Part shown: positions 63,994-64,000 of the stretch, in pieces | Numbering within the stretch: the stretch's first letter is position 1 | Layout: the number at the start of each line of letters is the position of its first letter | IMG/VR virus record: IMGVR_UViG_3300027861_000018 | Location: 22,269-86,268 of that record | Direction: 5' to 3' (one strand) | DNA length: 64,000 bases | From: a virus | Notes under the pieces: generated by a model | Seen by the model: the letters and a program-made list of their open reading frames with translations, nothing else | Database searches by the model: none | Told to the model about the DNA's origin: nothing | Program-made: the position numbers and the translations under genes

Positions 63994-64000
63994 TGAAGTC

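Overview
This window is a 64-kb segment of a large, GC-rich (roughly 60% by eye) contractile-tailed (myovirus-type) bacteriophage. Essentially every real gene is on the minus strand, and the long plus-strand ORFs look like antisense shadows. Read in transcription order (right to left), it contains: (i) a putative early region with two identical 161-bp promoter/RBS cassettes, and a repeat-rich non-coding zone (~60.3-62.3 kb) that may be a genome end or origin; (ii) small early/accessory genes, including a candidate structured ncRNA and three tandem genes sharing an N-terminal LDDLRNRF peptide; (iii) a complete morphogenesis operon from terminase, portal, protease/scaffold and capsid through sheath, tube, frameshifted chaperone, tape measure, baseplate and beta-helix tailspike, followed by an endolysin; (iv) a replisome (SF2 helicase, putative initiator, DnaC-like loader, DnaB, primase); (v) a MoxR AAA/VWA pair and a sigma-70-like factor; and (vi) a tightly coupled nucleotide-metabolism operon (FAD oxidoreductase, MazG-HAD fusion, divergent ThyX, divergent class-III aminotransferase, dNMP kinase) running into a DnaE polymerase truncated at the left edge. 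Operon (vi) is my best candidate for an undescribed system, a pre-replicative modified-pyrimidine pathway. I saw no integrase, tRNA, rRNA or CRISPR array. All product calls come from motifs recognised by eye; no database searches were run.
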